Shown: positions 36,879-50,941, counted from the whole stretch's first letter. The stretch: 63,167 nt of DNA, filler included, from Phoronis australis (GCA_002633005.1; 5 parts of 5 records of this genome joined end to end with filler, not necessarily neighbours in it), one strand, 5' to 3'. Program-made: numbers and translations. The notes: generated from the letters alone by a model not told the origin.

Positions 36879-39800
36879 TCTAAGTATGGTATCATTAATA
36901 AATTATAGCTCTGCAAAACAGAAAAAACGGTAGCATTTACTACATTCAGTTACACTTTTTCTCTGTATTTCCGTCTTAGATTGTGTAGGTTAGGCGAAAA
37001 TGATTACTTGCAGCCTGCTTGGTCCAAGCACATTACTTGAACCGACAATCTCAGAAAATTTCTAGACTTTTACCTCTAAATTTACGAAAATAGCCCAGCA
37101 GCTTACTAAACAAATATTAGTGGTGTTTTTGAAAGATGAATGTACTTCGCAGATGATGTGTGGTTTATATTTTGGCAACAGGTGTTACTGCTGTTCCATA
37201 TTAAGATAATAAAATGCACCTTGCACAATTTGTAAATGCCTTCTTGCGTTAAAGTGATTCACTTTCCTCCGATCAACGCGGCATTGGTACCTTTTACAAC
37301 AATACTCACCACATACAATAATTTAACTCTTGGGCTTTCTGCTTCATGCGTTGTACCAATTTCTTGTTCACTCTGCGACAAGCGAAAGAAGCCTTGCCTG
37401 TTTTATAGCCCCGTATTTGATTGACAGCCAAGATAAACTGTCAGTTGCTTTCGATTTGCACTTCTCGGAAATTGAGAATAACTGGGTGGGATAATGTTTG
37501 TACCAAATGTACCAAGTGTGAAAGTGACGCATCTCGTCACCGAAGGTACTGTGCTCCAACGACTCAAATTTAATCTTGTCGTGCTACTGTATCCTTCTTT
37601 ACGGCCGCGAACAGTAAATACTTCGTTTTCGGAATTTAGTGAAGCAAGGCCCATGAAACAGTGACTGTGAAGCCACGGGATTAAGTTAACGTCACTGCCT
37701 TCCTTCCTTAGAATTTTTTAAGCTAAATAGTATTTTCACAAAGATTATTAAGCAAAACTTCGTCTTTCCGTTGATGTAAACACCGAAAAAAATATCTAGT
37801 AATTATTTGTTATTTACTAATATCTAGGATCAATATAGCACATTACTCCCAGTTAATATGTGTGACGCTCAGTGAGTCAAATATACGTGGAGATTCTTTA
37901 CAGGTGATTCCAATCACGTGACCTCGTGGCGGCCGCTTGTGTAAGGACAGTTGCATTGAAAATAGGCGCGAGTGGGATTTCAACCTTTTCTGTGACTATG
38001 ACAGTTGGAAAACCTCGATTCGATCCCGCAATTTGGTGAACGTGAGAAAGAGAATATTATCAGATAACAAAACACAACGCACAACATGCATGAGTCACTG
38101 ATACCTGCATTCAGCGTCCAATTACACAAAAGGGGTTGTCATTCCGTCGCTGGAACAATGCTCAATGGCTGTCTCCCGAGATGAACAATTGCCGTCCCTG
38201 GATGCCGCAGGCATACAGGGGCTATCCCCACAAAAAGTTACGAATTTCAAAACAACATTCATATATGCACATGGAGTTGTAATTAACATAAGCCAATAAA
38301 TCTGGAGACCACTCAGTCAAGAACTTGAGCAAATCGTTGAAATTCTGTCGCAGTTTGCTCGAGTTTCTCCTAACCGCGGGAGCCATTTTGATGAAGAAAC
38401 GTGAAATCACGCTTGTTAATGAATAAAAAGTCCAAGGGACACAAATCTTACAAATTTCACCTGATACCTTCCCATGCTATTTTGTAATTGTCACGCGCCA
38501 GCGTCACGCGCATCGCTCAGTTCCGCTCTAGCCTTTGCCTAACTCACGTGACTCAATTGAAATACTTTGTGGTTATCGCGCGCGAGGTGAAAAAGTTAAC
38601 TGTGACCAAAAAAGTGGAATTGGAATTCTTAACCAAAGACACCTCAATTCTCGTAACTAAGTTCCATCGAAGATATGTGTAAAAGTAGAAAGGACCACTG
38701 AAGAGCTAGTAAGATGGCACTTTTTAAGTGAAGTGTGGAATGTATGACAAGGTGAAAACTATCGGTGACCGGATTTGGCCTACAGCCACGAGACGAAATT
38801 CGTACAGAAAGCGATGGGAAGGAACTCTTGTCAAGCATGGTCAAATATGATGAGTTTTTCGCAGTGAATCAGCGATATTCAAAGCACAGTCTCTCATTTG
38901 TCTGAAACATAGATTTTCCACTGGCGTTCTGAAACGACCCAATGCGTCAGCCTCCCTAGCGGTAAATCGGTCTCGGGATCTCCCCATTGCACTAAATTGC
39001 TGGCGACTTATAATCCTCTTCTGCAATAGGGAACTTGGTGGCATTGTAACAGAAACTATGGCCTAGTTTTAAAGAGACTAAAGTTCAACATTGAAAGTGT
39101 TTCTCAGCTGTCACAGAAACAGAATTTATTAAGCTGCTCACCCGGTATTTTAGGGTTTGTTCGAAAGGATTTCTTTTAATTTCTTTTCATATCAAAGCAT
39201 TTCTTTAGTTTCAAATTTCCAATTTTATTTCTTTTAGTTTGACGATAGTCTTAAAAGTACGTTCCAAAAGGCTACACTTACCCTGCGGCATGATGCTCTG
39301 GTGGATATTGAATGCTTTTTAAAACTATATCACAGCTCAGTGAAATGAAGAGATTAGAGCAACAATTACGTACTAAAAACAGTTTTAAAAATCGTAATTT
39401 TAGCCTTGAACACAACATTACATTTTATTCAAGCTGTGCTTATATCCGGAATACGAAGATCGGGGTAAATTTACTCAAATGTTAAGTATATAGGCCCATG
39501 CATCGAGGCAGCTCCGCAATCAGGCGGGGTATTATGGTATTTGTGAGAAAAACTCTGTGTGACTTCATTTTCGAGATGGTTAAACGTATTCACCGTTGTC
39601 TTCTGTGATGATGGTAAAAAACAAAAAAACAACGACGGGAAGATGAGCGGCCTGAGGTGCAGGCTTGCAACGTCATGCTCAACTACCCAAATACCTTCTA
39701 GTAAATAGATTCCTCGTTGTTTTATTATTTTCGAGATGTTTACATTCATGTACACTTTGCATATCTAGTTTTGACGGGGATGACATTTGACAATAACGAA

Positions 39801-39921
39801 AGATAAAACGCAGTGACATAACGCATGTCACTGGGTCAGCAGGTCTTTCCGTTATTTTCATGCACAGCAAGCTCTATAATACACCTTCACCATTGATGCT
39901 GTTGTTAATCACAGATTTGAA

Positions 39922-40364
39922 CAAAGTTAAAATAATAATCCGATAAATTAAAACAGTGTCAAGCCCCTTAAATTATTTTTAACACTTTCTAGGCATTTCC
40001 ATAACCTCAGCCGGTGAGTACATGTAGCTGTTTATCATCGTCAAGGCTGTGAATCAATAACTGCTCTTGAAAAAACTACTCGTCATTGATTATTTATGAC
40101 ATTGTTTGATAACAACTGAAAAATCATTACATTGAGCACATGGTTAATAAATAATGCCAATACGTGTTTTTATCTTGGTGCTCGTTTCATTTCGTTTTCT
40201 TGGAACTGGACAATGAACACTTTTCCAAAGTTTTACGCCAATAATTGTGCTATTGATCGCAGATTGAGTTTCGTTCTCGTTCCCAATTAATAAATACGTG
40301 GTCACGCTATTGTAACAAAAATGATGAACACAAAATTTAATTTCAATAGCATCATATTTCAAAA
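39922..40364 (+). repeat. ~450-bp dispersed repeat, copy 1 (copy 2 at 44998-45462)
   Basis: Shared taaaacagtgtc.agccccttaaa, gaatcaataactg, aaaaatgatgaac and catcatatttcaaaa anchors. Confidence 0.8.
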
Positions 40365-40705
40365 AGAACGATTTTATTCAAGATAATGATAGCAGTAACT
40401 GTTCTAGTCTGAAAATTAAATGAAAAACTGATCTACTGTATATACATGTATCAGTGACTAGCAATTAAAACTAATAGCCCCCATAGTGAAATCTGCAATG
40501 TAGGTGGTTGTATTTTTTTCTTGAAATATATCAATTTCCTTATTACAGATCAACTTGACCATTGACTTCACAGTTGACCTTGAATTTGACCTTGCATGCA
40601 TAACCTAATTGCAGAAATAGACTCTCAGTCCTAAAAAACCTAAGAAACGATACATTGCTGGATTCCCACAAGCCATCACGCATAGGTGGACTTAGGAGGG
40701 CCCAG

Positions 40706-41141
40706 TGTCCGGTTGCATGAAACAGTCCCAAGTAGGGACTCAACTAAAGTCCCTAAATCTACTGTGTATTTGTTTCGTTCTTCAGGCACTGATGTAATAT
40801 TTGTTCTATATTTTTATTTTTATTATGAGCTCTTCTTTGACTAATGACATTTTCTCATAATATAACTTAAAAACTGAGCTCTTAATTCAATCAAATCAGT
40901 TAGGGACTTAGTCCTTAAATTGGTGGCGTTGCATGAAAAGGTCTCTACTTATTTGCAATAGTATTTAGAATTCGATCTAGATTTCACCCTCGGTTTATAT
41001 CAAACTAAAAAAATTGGCATAGTAATGATACTCAAACAGCACAAGATAGGACAATCAGTGTTTTCACAAGCCCACAAATACGCAGTAGATTTGGGGACCT
41101 TAGTTGAGTCCCTATTTGGGACTGTTTCATGCAACCGCACA
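40706..41141. mobile_element. PIF/Harbinger-type MITE
   Basis: ~68-bp TIRs tgtccggttgcatgaaacagtccca...tatttgt / acaaata...tgggactgtttcatgcaaccgcaca; CAG on both flanks (3-bp TSD). Confidence 0.8.
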
Positions 41142-41906
41142 CAGGCCCTTCCCCGGCTTCTGGAAAAAATAATACAACAAGAGCGTGAGGAAATATCGAG
41201 TGCGGCCGAAACAAAATTTAACAATAAATACAGATTTAGTTTGTGTTTGCGCGTGCATGTGTGTGGGGGGCTCATTGTCCGTTCGAGACCGGTGCAATCG
41301 TTTGCAGTATTTTTTTAGTCCTCCGTATAATTTCTGTATAAGAGGTCTACATTCCCAGGAATTTGAGCACCCCAAGAATTTAGACCGGGTGCGCGCATGC
41401 AACCGTACTTTGCTCGGTTGCCGAGACAAAATGTTGGGGCCCCCTTATGATGTCCTAGATCCGCCACTGATCACGTTCAGAATGTGGAAATTAGGCGAAA
41501 TTTATGATGACAGAAGCTGCCATCTTGAATAATAAAGTGCTGAAGGTTGCACAAAGTGAAACCAAGTTTATTTTGTTCTTCTAACCACATATAATAAATT
41601 TCCAAAAGAAAACTTAACAGTAAACAACGTGGCAGGGTCAACTTTTAGGCAAGAAGACTGTCAAAAAGGTGACAACGTAATAATTAGAATGGAGGTCACT
41701 AAACACAATTCGAGACTAACCGTCAGATACCGGACACTTAAAAGAGAATGCCACCCGATTTAGGTAGTCTTTTTTACATCGGTCTATATCCACATCGTCT
41801 CGCATACGGTCGACTTAACCTTGCCGAGAGGTGTCGCGTTAACCTGTGAGGAAGGTGAGAAAGGACGTATCGACGTCAGTGGTTCATTTGCAGAGTGAAT
41901 GCCGCT

Positions 41907-42092
41907 ATGTTGCGGTGCATCGTTCCCGCTTGTCCGAGTTATGTAGCTGCCAGGAAAGCGGGTATGTCGTTTTTACAGCTTCCTCGAGAGTCCGAAATGC
42001 TTAGGAAGTGACTCGCGGTAGTGAAGAATGGAAAGTACGCTGTTAATAGCAAGTATGAGGCCATGAAACATCTCCGTGTCTGTGGCCGGCAG
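41907..42092 (+). pseudogene. THAP zinc-finger domain relic
   Basis: MLRCIVPAC...MSFLQLPRESEMLRK*LAVVK...HLRVCGR: CxxxxC, F..LP, TGA in place of the conserved Trp, RVC. Confidence 0.75.
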
Positions 42093-44997
42093 ACGTCGAC
42101 AGTGAGTTTGACGAATGCCGGCTTTCCAAAGAACTACCCATACGTTCCGTTGTCTGTGCATGATCACGGCGCCTCTCTAGTATTTCTTGATCGCTGTATT
42201 CCGGTTCGAACTGATAGCCTGTGAAACCTAACGATTCTACCCGTTAAGTCTTCGTCGGATGAGCTCTTGACAAGTCGGGATTGGCGCCGGACAAGTTGCC
42301 ATGTAGACGTTTATTATTCTGCGTTCTGTTTCAAAATGAATAGTTCTCATCCTAACCAATGCTTATATGAAACTGAAACAAAATCTGTCTCATTAGATAC
42401 AATTTGTAATGCCTTTGCAATATTCGTCAGTGCAAATTTTGAGAAGCCAGCAATGAATAAACCACTGCGTTACTGGCTTTTGATGCTGGCAACAAAGGTA
42501 ACTGACCGGGCACCGAGGCCGTGTGAGCGCATGCTAATTCAGTGTTTAGTGACAGAAAGCTGTTTTGAAACAATTACTCGACTTTATATGCTATGGTCAC
42601 ATGTTAGGGGAATCTTTATTTAATACAAATACATTATTCAAATCATTGTTATTGTACAACCTTTGCCCTGACGGCCTGTGGAAGGGGAACCCGACTTCGC
42701 GGCCCCCGACAAATAAGTATATTTTCAATTTCGTGGCAAATTCACATAAATAATTACGCTCACATTATTTTCTTTGGCTCACTATTACAATAGTCTTTTC
42801 GTGACTGGAGGTTTAGTTTCGTGCCAGACCCAGCGGCCGCGACGGACCTGATCGGGTTCCGAGCCACAAGCGTCTTGTGTGTTTAGAACACAAAAAATCA
42901 CAAGTCTAAACAACACAGATCTAGGTTCTCCTGTTTGTACTTCACGGAAGAATACTTCGAATTTATCTCTGAACAGACGCCAAACTCCTCCTACAGACGG
43001 ACCTTGGCAAATAGGCCTGTCGACCTTTGTAGGCTACGGTGTATCCAAATACCAATAAATCACTAACAGCGAAATAAAACAACATGTTTTTATAAAAACT
43101 CGGTGTATGTTTAAGGGTTTTACGTCCAAGTTTGATGATTTGTTGGTGTTAAACAATGAATTCAAGCGACAAGCTGTTACCAGTAACCCGTGTTGTGAAC
43201 TGCTGAACAGACTGCGCATGTAGGTGAAAGTTCAAGCAACATTAATTATTCAAAGTACCGGCTAAAACTGATTTGAACTTAGCAATCGTACCACTTTGAG
43301 AAGGTGCACTCTGAAAAGAAATACATATAATCTCGAACAATTTACGTACGCAAATAGAACTACACCAGTTTCAACTAGAGTTTAAAATTTCAGAATTCCT
43401 TAAACGGGTCAGCGAAATTATGAAACCAAAAAAATAGAAAAATGGTTTATAAAGCGCATTGTATTATTGTGAAGTGGTAGCGTAAGACCAAATTTCAAGG
43501 ACTTTCCAGACCCTAATTAGTAGCAGTTGAGAGATTTTTTTTAACCAATGTCACAGTTATTAAAGTTTACAACCTATTTGCATAGGACATGAGGTCACGT
43601 ATGAGATCAAGCACGAAAAGAAGCGAGAGCTGTCCAGGTGATTGAGGTTTATTTTTAAGTGGTGTTATTTAATATCGGCATATTTTTTTTTAAATTTCGG
43701 GGATGGAATGTCGCCGAAAGATGCATTCATTATACGTATTGTGCTTGAATACTTGAATTAAAATGCTTGGCGTGCCTGCTTCGTTGAGTCAGTTCCTAGT
43801 TCACTCTGCAGAAGACGAGACGAGTATGACTTCTAACTGACTACTGACCATAATTTATAATCCCAATGCTGATTGACAGTTTTGAATATCAATTATTACT
43901 CTTACTTTCGATTTGTGTTAAAACATTTTTTCCATGAAACTAACTAGGAAACAAAGATTTGTACTCATTTTTTTCTAAAAAGTATCTCAAAGAAAACAGG
44001 GCCCCATATTCTACGCGGTATGCGTACGATGTGCTTGTCTCTTATTTACATTGGTGTTACTGTCTGAGAAAACACCTACGTTCACGTCTCATAACTCCGC
44101 CCCATAACTGTTGCAAAAGTCCCGTGTGGGATTTAGGCCATCATTGTTGTGGAGCTGTAGATAATAATACCATTTTTCACACACCGTTTTTTTTTTCATA
44201 TTCGCATGCGACTGTCTTCTATATGAACGACTAATCGAAGTGTGTACACAAATGGTCAGACCCGATCTTTGTCATTTGACACTGAGCACGATTGATGTTG
44301 CTCGGATTTTCGTTCCACTTGGAACGCTGGTTAATAACTAAGATTAATGTTATTGTTTTATTAGAACCCTCAGGAACCGGCAAGTACGCCGCAATAGTCT
44401 CTACATGAATGATTCCATTCATCATATCCACAGCTGTCCCGGCGTATACTTGTAGGTCGCACCCTCGGGTACAGCAAACGATATAGCCGTATGCACTCGG
44501 TTCGTGGTGTGCAAATGCAATTCTGGATTTGTTCAAGTACTTTTGAATGTCGCGAATCTCGATGTGATAACCACTGGTACACACACGTATATTGCATAAC
44601 ATTAAGGCATATCATTTACCTGACTGAAATATCTACAAAAACATTTTAAATTACAACCGGTTGAAATATGATTTTTTTGCAATTAGTGGACTTAAAATGC
44701 ATTGTGACTTAATCGGTGACTAATTGCAAACATTACGAACGGCAAAATAAAACGATAAAGAAATTTTTTAAGTATTTTTCCTGTTTTATGTTTTAGAAGT
44801 TAAAAAACTTAAGTCGCTAAAACAAAAACCTTATATCTTATAACGAAATTAATCCGTTTTCAAAAAGATTAAAATCATCATTTTAATTAGAGCTGACTTT
44901 CAGTAAGTAACCTACAGAGGTGCCTTCATTTAGGTGGCCACCGGAAAACTTTAATTTTCTGACCCCTTATTGTTATTTGACCAAAATAAAAGATATC

Positions 44998-45462
44998 AAA
45001 GTTTAAAATAATCAACGAGAATTTAAAACAGTGTCGAGCCCCTTAAACCATAAAATAGTTTTCTAGGGATATCCGTAGCCTCAGTAGATGAGTGTCCAGG
45101 TGTGCCACTGCTTATGATCGTTAACTTAGGGAATCAATAACTGGTTTCGAAATAAGTTCTCAGCATAGACTATTTAGACAGACAAATGGACATTGTTTTG
45201 ATCACAGAAAAATCGTTATGTTGAAGACATGTTTAATCAATAATGTAAATACGTGAAACATGTGTTATTCTCTTATTTCTAGATTCCTTTTGTATTCTTA
45301 GAATTCCACATTGTACACTTTTTCGAAATGCTTGAAGCCAATATTTGCGATATCGATCACAAATTGATTTTCTCTTCCGTTCCCATAAATAATACACGAT
45401 CGCGCAATTGATACAAAAATGATGAACGTAAAATCTACTTTTGTAATCATCATATTTCAAAA
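44998..45462 (+). repeat. ~450-bp dispersed repeat, copy 2
   Basis: Aligns with 39922-40364. Confidence 0.8.
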
Positions 45463-45904
45463 CATTCTATTAAATTAAAATTAAAACCAGTTGATTGGTG
45501 TGTTTATTGAAGGCCATGGACCCAAATTTACAGTTACAACACAATACAATTTGGCTCTCTGATTGGTCGATTTGATAGAAGTTGCAGAAATGTGCATAAT
45601 ATTTCTTACAACGAAAACAACTTTTTTTTTAAAAATGTGGAAGGGTAGACATGGGAAGTTTTGGAATTTGAAAATTTTGAATTATAAATGTATTAACTAG
45701 TCACATAGGTTACCCCCCCCCCTCAAAAATGACTTCTATGAGCTTCGGCCCACCGCATGAAATAAGCGTTAATACCTGCTTATCACCCAGCTTCTAATGG
45801 CAGTGCTTAACGGGGTGTTCAAAAAGTGAAACAAGCGTTGTTTAAAGAAGTTCTGGATAGTTTTATGGTTCTCTACATCACAGATTGCGTAGTTTTCATA
45901 TATT

Positions 45905-46400
45905 TGCCAATTGTCGTCATCTCTCTCTCTGGGCGTCTGGCGTTTATCTTCCGGCTTCCGCAACTGTATCTCCTGAACCCCTCACACGATCTTGATAAGA
46001 TTTGGCACATGTGTTTCTATGCAGCTGACGACGGGTGACGACGAATTTCGGACCTATCTGACTACCGGTGTGCCGCATAGTGGCATTTTTATTTTTACGT
46101 TTACCTCTCTATCTTCGAAGGTCCTCGAAGGATTTTCATAAAACTTGGAAGATACATGTAGGCATGTATTAGTGAGATGAAGTTATCCTCTCGTTTTCAT
46201 AAGGATGTGAGGAATTTTAGACCACCTAGTGGATATTTTTACTGTTTATAGTCTGTTTTTGGCGTCTGTCCTTCTATCAATCAAACCACTCTAAGGATGA
46301 TTGTAAAAATTGTCATATACAGTGTAGGTTCTTACTGTGAAGAGGACGTCTGACGAAAATTTTCCGACGACTTCGACTATTGTGGCTCTTCCTAGTGGCA
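45905..46400 (-). mobile_element. HINE-type element, reverse orientation (homolog of 6571-7065)
   Basis: Shared ctgtatctcctgaacccctca, gacgaatttcg, tctgactaccg, tacctct.tatct and gatgattgtaaaaattg. Confidence 0.65.
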
Positions 46401-47059
46401 TTTCTAAGTTCAGAAAAAATACACACAAAACGTACCAGAAGTGGCGTAGATGAGGTAATATACCACGAGACATTGTTCCACGTATCTACCGAGGCGGACT
46501 TTTTATTTATTCCATACGCTTCGAAACCCAGACTGTTCGCGTGGCAGCTCACATCCTATACGCATGTACTTGGGCGTTATGTTACAAGTTTTCTCTAGTA
46601 AAAGAAACAGGTTTAAATGTAACGATTTGTTACTTAAAAAGAGATAACAAAGATGAAACCAATGGTAACTGTGCATTTCAGTTGTAACACTTCCTGAAAA
46701 TAACTGAATAACAGTATTATATTTTAGTTACCGACGAATGAGTCATGTCAGAATCTTTGGTAGGGCCCTACTAATCGATTGATAGGAAGCTGTAGTTCAA
46801 CTAATTGCAGTGCCCCCTATGTTTCTTTTTTCTCTTGCTCTAATAAGTACTAGCAATAGGAGGCGTTGAACCATGTAAGTGCAAAGAATGATCTTTAAGA
46901 CATAAGCGTGAAGTTCCTATCAAAGTCAGATATTTCAAGCTACCATTGCGCCACACATGGGTAGGTTGCCGAACGCTAAGCACCTGTATTAGCCTATGTA
47001 ACAATACCCTGCAATCGCTGCAACACCTGTTAGCAAGAAGAAAACACACATGATTGGCT

Positions 47060-48417
47060 TAGAGACATTTACATGCATTTCAACAATATCAGCTATTCCT
47101 ACTAATCCCTGCGCCACCTGTGGAAAGGCTGATGACAAATATGACGAAATCATAAGGCTCACAATTTCAATAACAACAAGCACGCATTTCAACTAATTCA
47201 CAACTTTAGACACACCGAACACGCTTTTCAACTAGTCCAACTAATCCCACTAATCGCTGCGCCACCAGTGACCGGGCTGACATTACACATGACGTAAGCA
47301 AACAACCTTAGAGACACCGAACACGTTTTTCAATTAATTCAACTAATCCCACTAATCGCCGCGCCTCCAGCGGCCGGGCTGACATTACACATGACGTAAC
47401 CAAAAAGCTCACAACCTTAGAGACACCGAACAAGCTTTTCAACTAATTCAACTAATCCCACTAATCGCCGCGCCACCTGCGAACGGACTGACAAAAGTCA
47501 TGACGTCAGTCACAGGCTCACGACTTTAGAGACACGTTATACGCTGTTCAACTCGCTGCGCCACCTGCCGACGGGCTGACAACAGAAATGACGTCAACAA
47601 CAGGCTCACGAACTTAGAGACACCGAGCACGCTTTTCAACTAATTCAACTAATCCACTAATCGCCACGCCACCTGCGGTCGGACTGACAAAATACATGAC
47701 TTCAGCCACAAGCTCAGGACTTTATGGGACTTAAGAGACACGTAACACGCTTTTCAACTAATTCAACTATTCCTACTAATCGCTGCGCCACCTGCCGACG
47801 GACTGAGAACAGAAATGACGTCAACAACAGGCTCACGAATTTAGAGACAACGAGCACGGTTTTCAACTAATTCAACTAATCCACTAATCGCCACGCCACC
47901 TGCAGTCGGACTGACATAACATATTTGGTAAGCAAAAGGCTCACAACCTTAGAGACACCGAACACGCTTTTCAACTATGTCATCTAATCCCCCTAATTGC
48001 TGCGCTCCCAGCGGCCGGGGTGACATTAGACCTGATGTCAGAAAAAAGCGTTTAGAGACACCGAACACGCTTTTCAACTAATTCAAGTAATCCCACTAAT
48101 CGCCACGCCACCTGCGGACGGACTGGCAAAAGCCATGACGTCAGCCACAGGCTCAGGACTTTAGAGACATCTAATACGCTTTTCAACTAATTCAACTATT
48201 TCCACTAATCGCTGCGCCACCTGCCGACGGGCTGACAACAGAAATGACGTCAACAACAAGCTCACGAACTTAGAGACACCGAGCACGCTTTTCAACTAAT
48301 TCAACTAATCCACTAATCGCCACGCCACCTGCAGTCGGACTGACAAAATACATGACGTCAGCCACAGGCTCAGGACTTTATGGGAATTTAGAGACACGTA
48401 ATACGCTTTTCAACTAA
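47060..48417. repeat. ~110-120-bp minisatellite, about 12 units, with higher-order structure
   Basis: Unit agagacaccgaacacgcttttcaactaattcaactaatcccactaatcgc.gcgccacctgc...ctgaca...atgacgtca...gctcac. Confidence 0.92.
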
Positions 48418-49181
48418 TTAAGGGGGCACAGAACAGTTCTCACGGGGGTTTGCCTGTCAGAACACACGTCAATGCACTCTTCACCCTTTCTTCACTTTGT
48501 CCAAAACTACATGCAAATCAGGAAATGTTTTGAGTCATTTCACATCACAAGCCCTACAGATGAGCACAGAGACTTTCTTCTCTCTTGTATTTTTGACCCA
48601 TTCACTCCCAGTGGAAACCAAGCCGAACTAAGAAAAATGAGGGCAAAAAATGCAAAATCGGCACTTTTCACCCCAAAATCTCCACTTTCCTGCCGATGCT
48701 CGACTAAAGCCAACATTAGATTCCGAAAGCAAATTTCCTACCGATTCCAAAAATGTGGTCCAAAAGTACTGTCAACCAACTAGTTTTTTTGCAAATCTGG
48801 CTTGTTTGAGGGCTACCTGAATTCGCGGCCAATTTCTCAGTTGCTACACAGCAATGCACAACTGCAACAGGGGGCCACCATCTTGAAGAAGAGTGCAGCT
48901 ACAGCCGAGAAACTGGCCTTTTTTCATTCCCAGCATGTTCACAAATACAACAAAAAAACATTCACTTGGCCTACACACAATACCTAATTGAAAAATGCCC
49001 CCAAGCCTGGCCTAGCCCTAGATTTTAACATTTTGGGAGTGCAAATTGACCGCGGCCACAACCTAACTATTCAGTGCCACCNNNNNNNNNNNNNNNNNNN
49101 NNNNNNNNNNNNNNNNNNNNNNNNNTTAATTAATTAANNNNNNNNNNNNNNNNNNNNNNNNNNNNNNNNNNNNNNNNNNNN

Positions 49182-49572
49182 CGAAAACACTAAAAATGGC
49201 CACTAGGTGGCGCAAACTATGTCAAATCCATCTGAAAACGGCAGGATAGCGTCATCTGACTAATAGGTGCCTATATACCAAATTTCATGAAAATCCGTTC
49301 AGGACTTTTGAAGATAGAAAGGTAAGCGTAAAAAACTAAAATTGCCACTAGGGGGCACACCGGTAGTCGGATTCGTCCGAAAGTTCGCACATGCCGTCCC
49401 ATTCATAAATGGAACATATGTGCCAAATTTCATGAACGTATGTCAAAGGGTTTTGGAGATAGAGCAGCGGACGCCGGATGCCGCCCGGACGGACGGACGG
49501 ACAGCCGGACGGACGGACGGACAGAGATGACGGCATAATGCGTCCACATATAAATATGTGGGCGCATAAAAA
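49182..49572 (+). mobile_element. HINE-type element 3' end
   Basis: ccactag / ccaaatttcatgaa subrepeats, a (GGAC)n microsatellite, then the terminal hairpin atgcgtccacata-taaa-tatgtgggcgcat followed by AAAAA. Confidence 0.75.
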
Positions 49573-49897
49573 GCAAATAACATGAAATAAGACAGCTTAC
49601 ATATTGGGCAGCATTTCTTTGTACCTAGGGAATCTACACCGAGATGAACTGATTTCCCTCTCCATGAAAAGCTGCACAGAGAAGTAGGGGCTGTTAGCAA
49701 CAGACTACATTTTACTCAAAAAATCACCCCAGACTGCAGAAGTTAAAAAACCAACTATAGGCAATTTTACAGTCACATGCAGCTATTGAAGATGCAGTGT
49801 TTATAGAATGCAGTAACATTATTGGATAAAACAGGGCCGAAAGGCATCCTATCCAGATCTAGTCTGACGGCTGACCACACAGTGAGGCATGACACAA

Positions 49898-50941
49898 ATA
49901 CTTCCTCCTAGTGGCCCTAGTTAGCCAAAAACAGATCAGTGCTACTGTAACAGTATAAGAGAAAAACAAACAAACAAAACTTTTATACTTCCTCCTAGTG
50001 GCCCTAGTTAGCCAAAAACAGATCAGTGCTACTGTAACAGTATAAGACAAAAACAACCAAACAAAACTGTTATACTTCCTCCTAGTGGCCCTAGTTAGCC
50101 AAAAACAGATCAGTGCTACTGTAACAGTATAAGACAAAAACAACCAAACAAAACTGTTATACTTCCTCCTAGTGGCCCTAGTTAGCCAAAAACAGATCAG
50201 TGCTACTGTAACAGTATAAGACAAAAACAACCAAACAAAACTGTTATACTTCCTCCTAGTGGCCCTAGTTAGCCAAAAACAGATCAGTGCTACTGTAACA
50301 GTATAAGACAAAAACAACCAAACAAAACTGTTATACTTCCTCCTAGTGGCCCTAGTTAGCCAAAAACAGATCAGTGCTACTGTAACAGTATAAGACAAAA
50401 ACAACCAAACAAAACTGTTATACTTCCTCCTAGTGGCCCTAGTTAGCCAAAAACAGATCAGTGCTACTGTAACAGTATAAGACAAAAACAACCAAACAAA
50501 ACTGTTATACTTCCTCCTAGTGGCCCTAGTTAGCCAAAAACAGATCAGTGCTACTGTAACAGTATAAGACAAAAACAACCAAACAAAACTGTTATACTTC
50601 CTCCTAGTGGCCCTAGTTAGCCAAAAACAGATCAGTGCTACTGTAACAGTATAAGACAAAAACAACCAAACAAAACTGTTATACTTCCTCCTAGTGGCCC
50701 TAGTTAGCCAAAAACAGATCAGTGCTACTGTAACAGTATAAGACAAAAACAACCAAACAAAACTGTTATACTTCCTCCTAGTGGCCCTAGTTAGCCAAAA
50801 ACAGATCAGTGCTACTGTAACAGTATAAGACAAAAACAACCAAACAAAACTGTTATACTTCCTCCTAGTGGCCCTAGTTAGCCAAAAACAGATCAGTGCT
50901 ACTGTAACAGTATAAGACAAAAACAACCAAACAAAACTGTT
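49898..50941. repeat. Near-perfect 87-bp tandem array, 12 units, truncated by a gap
   Basis: Unit atacttcctcctagtggccctagttagccaaaaacagatcagtgctactgtaacagtataagacaaaaacaaccaaacaaaactgtt; only the first unit differs. Confidence 0.97.

Noticed and set aside
44231-44615. Overlapping minus-strand ORFs (123 aa and a Cys-rich 81 aa) as a host exon
   Set aside because: No recognisable domain or partner exons; cannot be supported without homology or RNA data.
47060-50941. The two tandem arrays as CRISPR arrays
   Set aside because: No unique spacers (units are homologous end to end), no cas genes, eukaryotic context.
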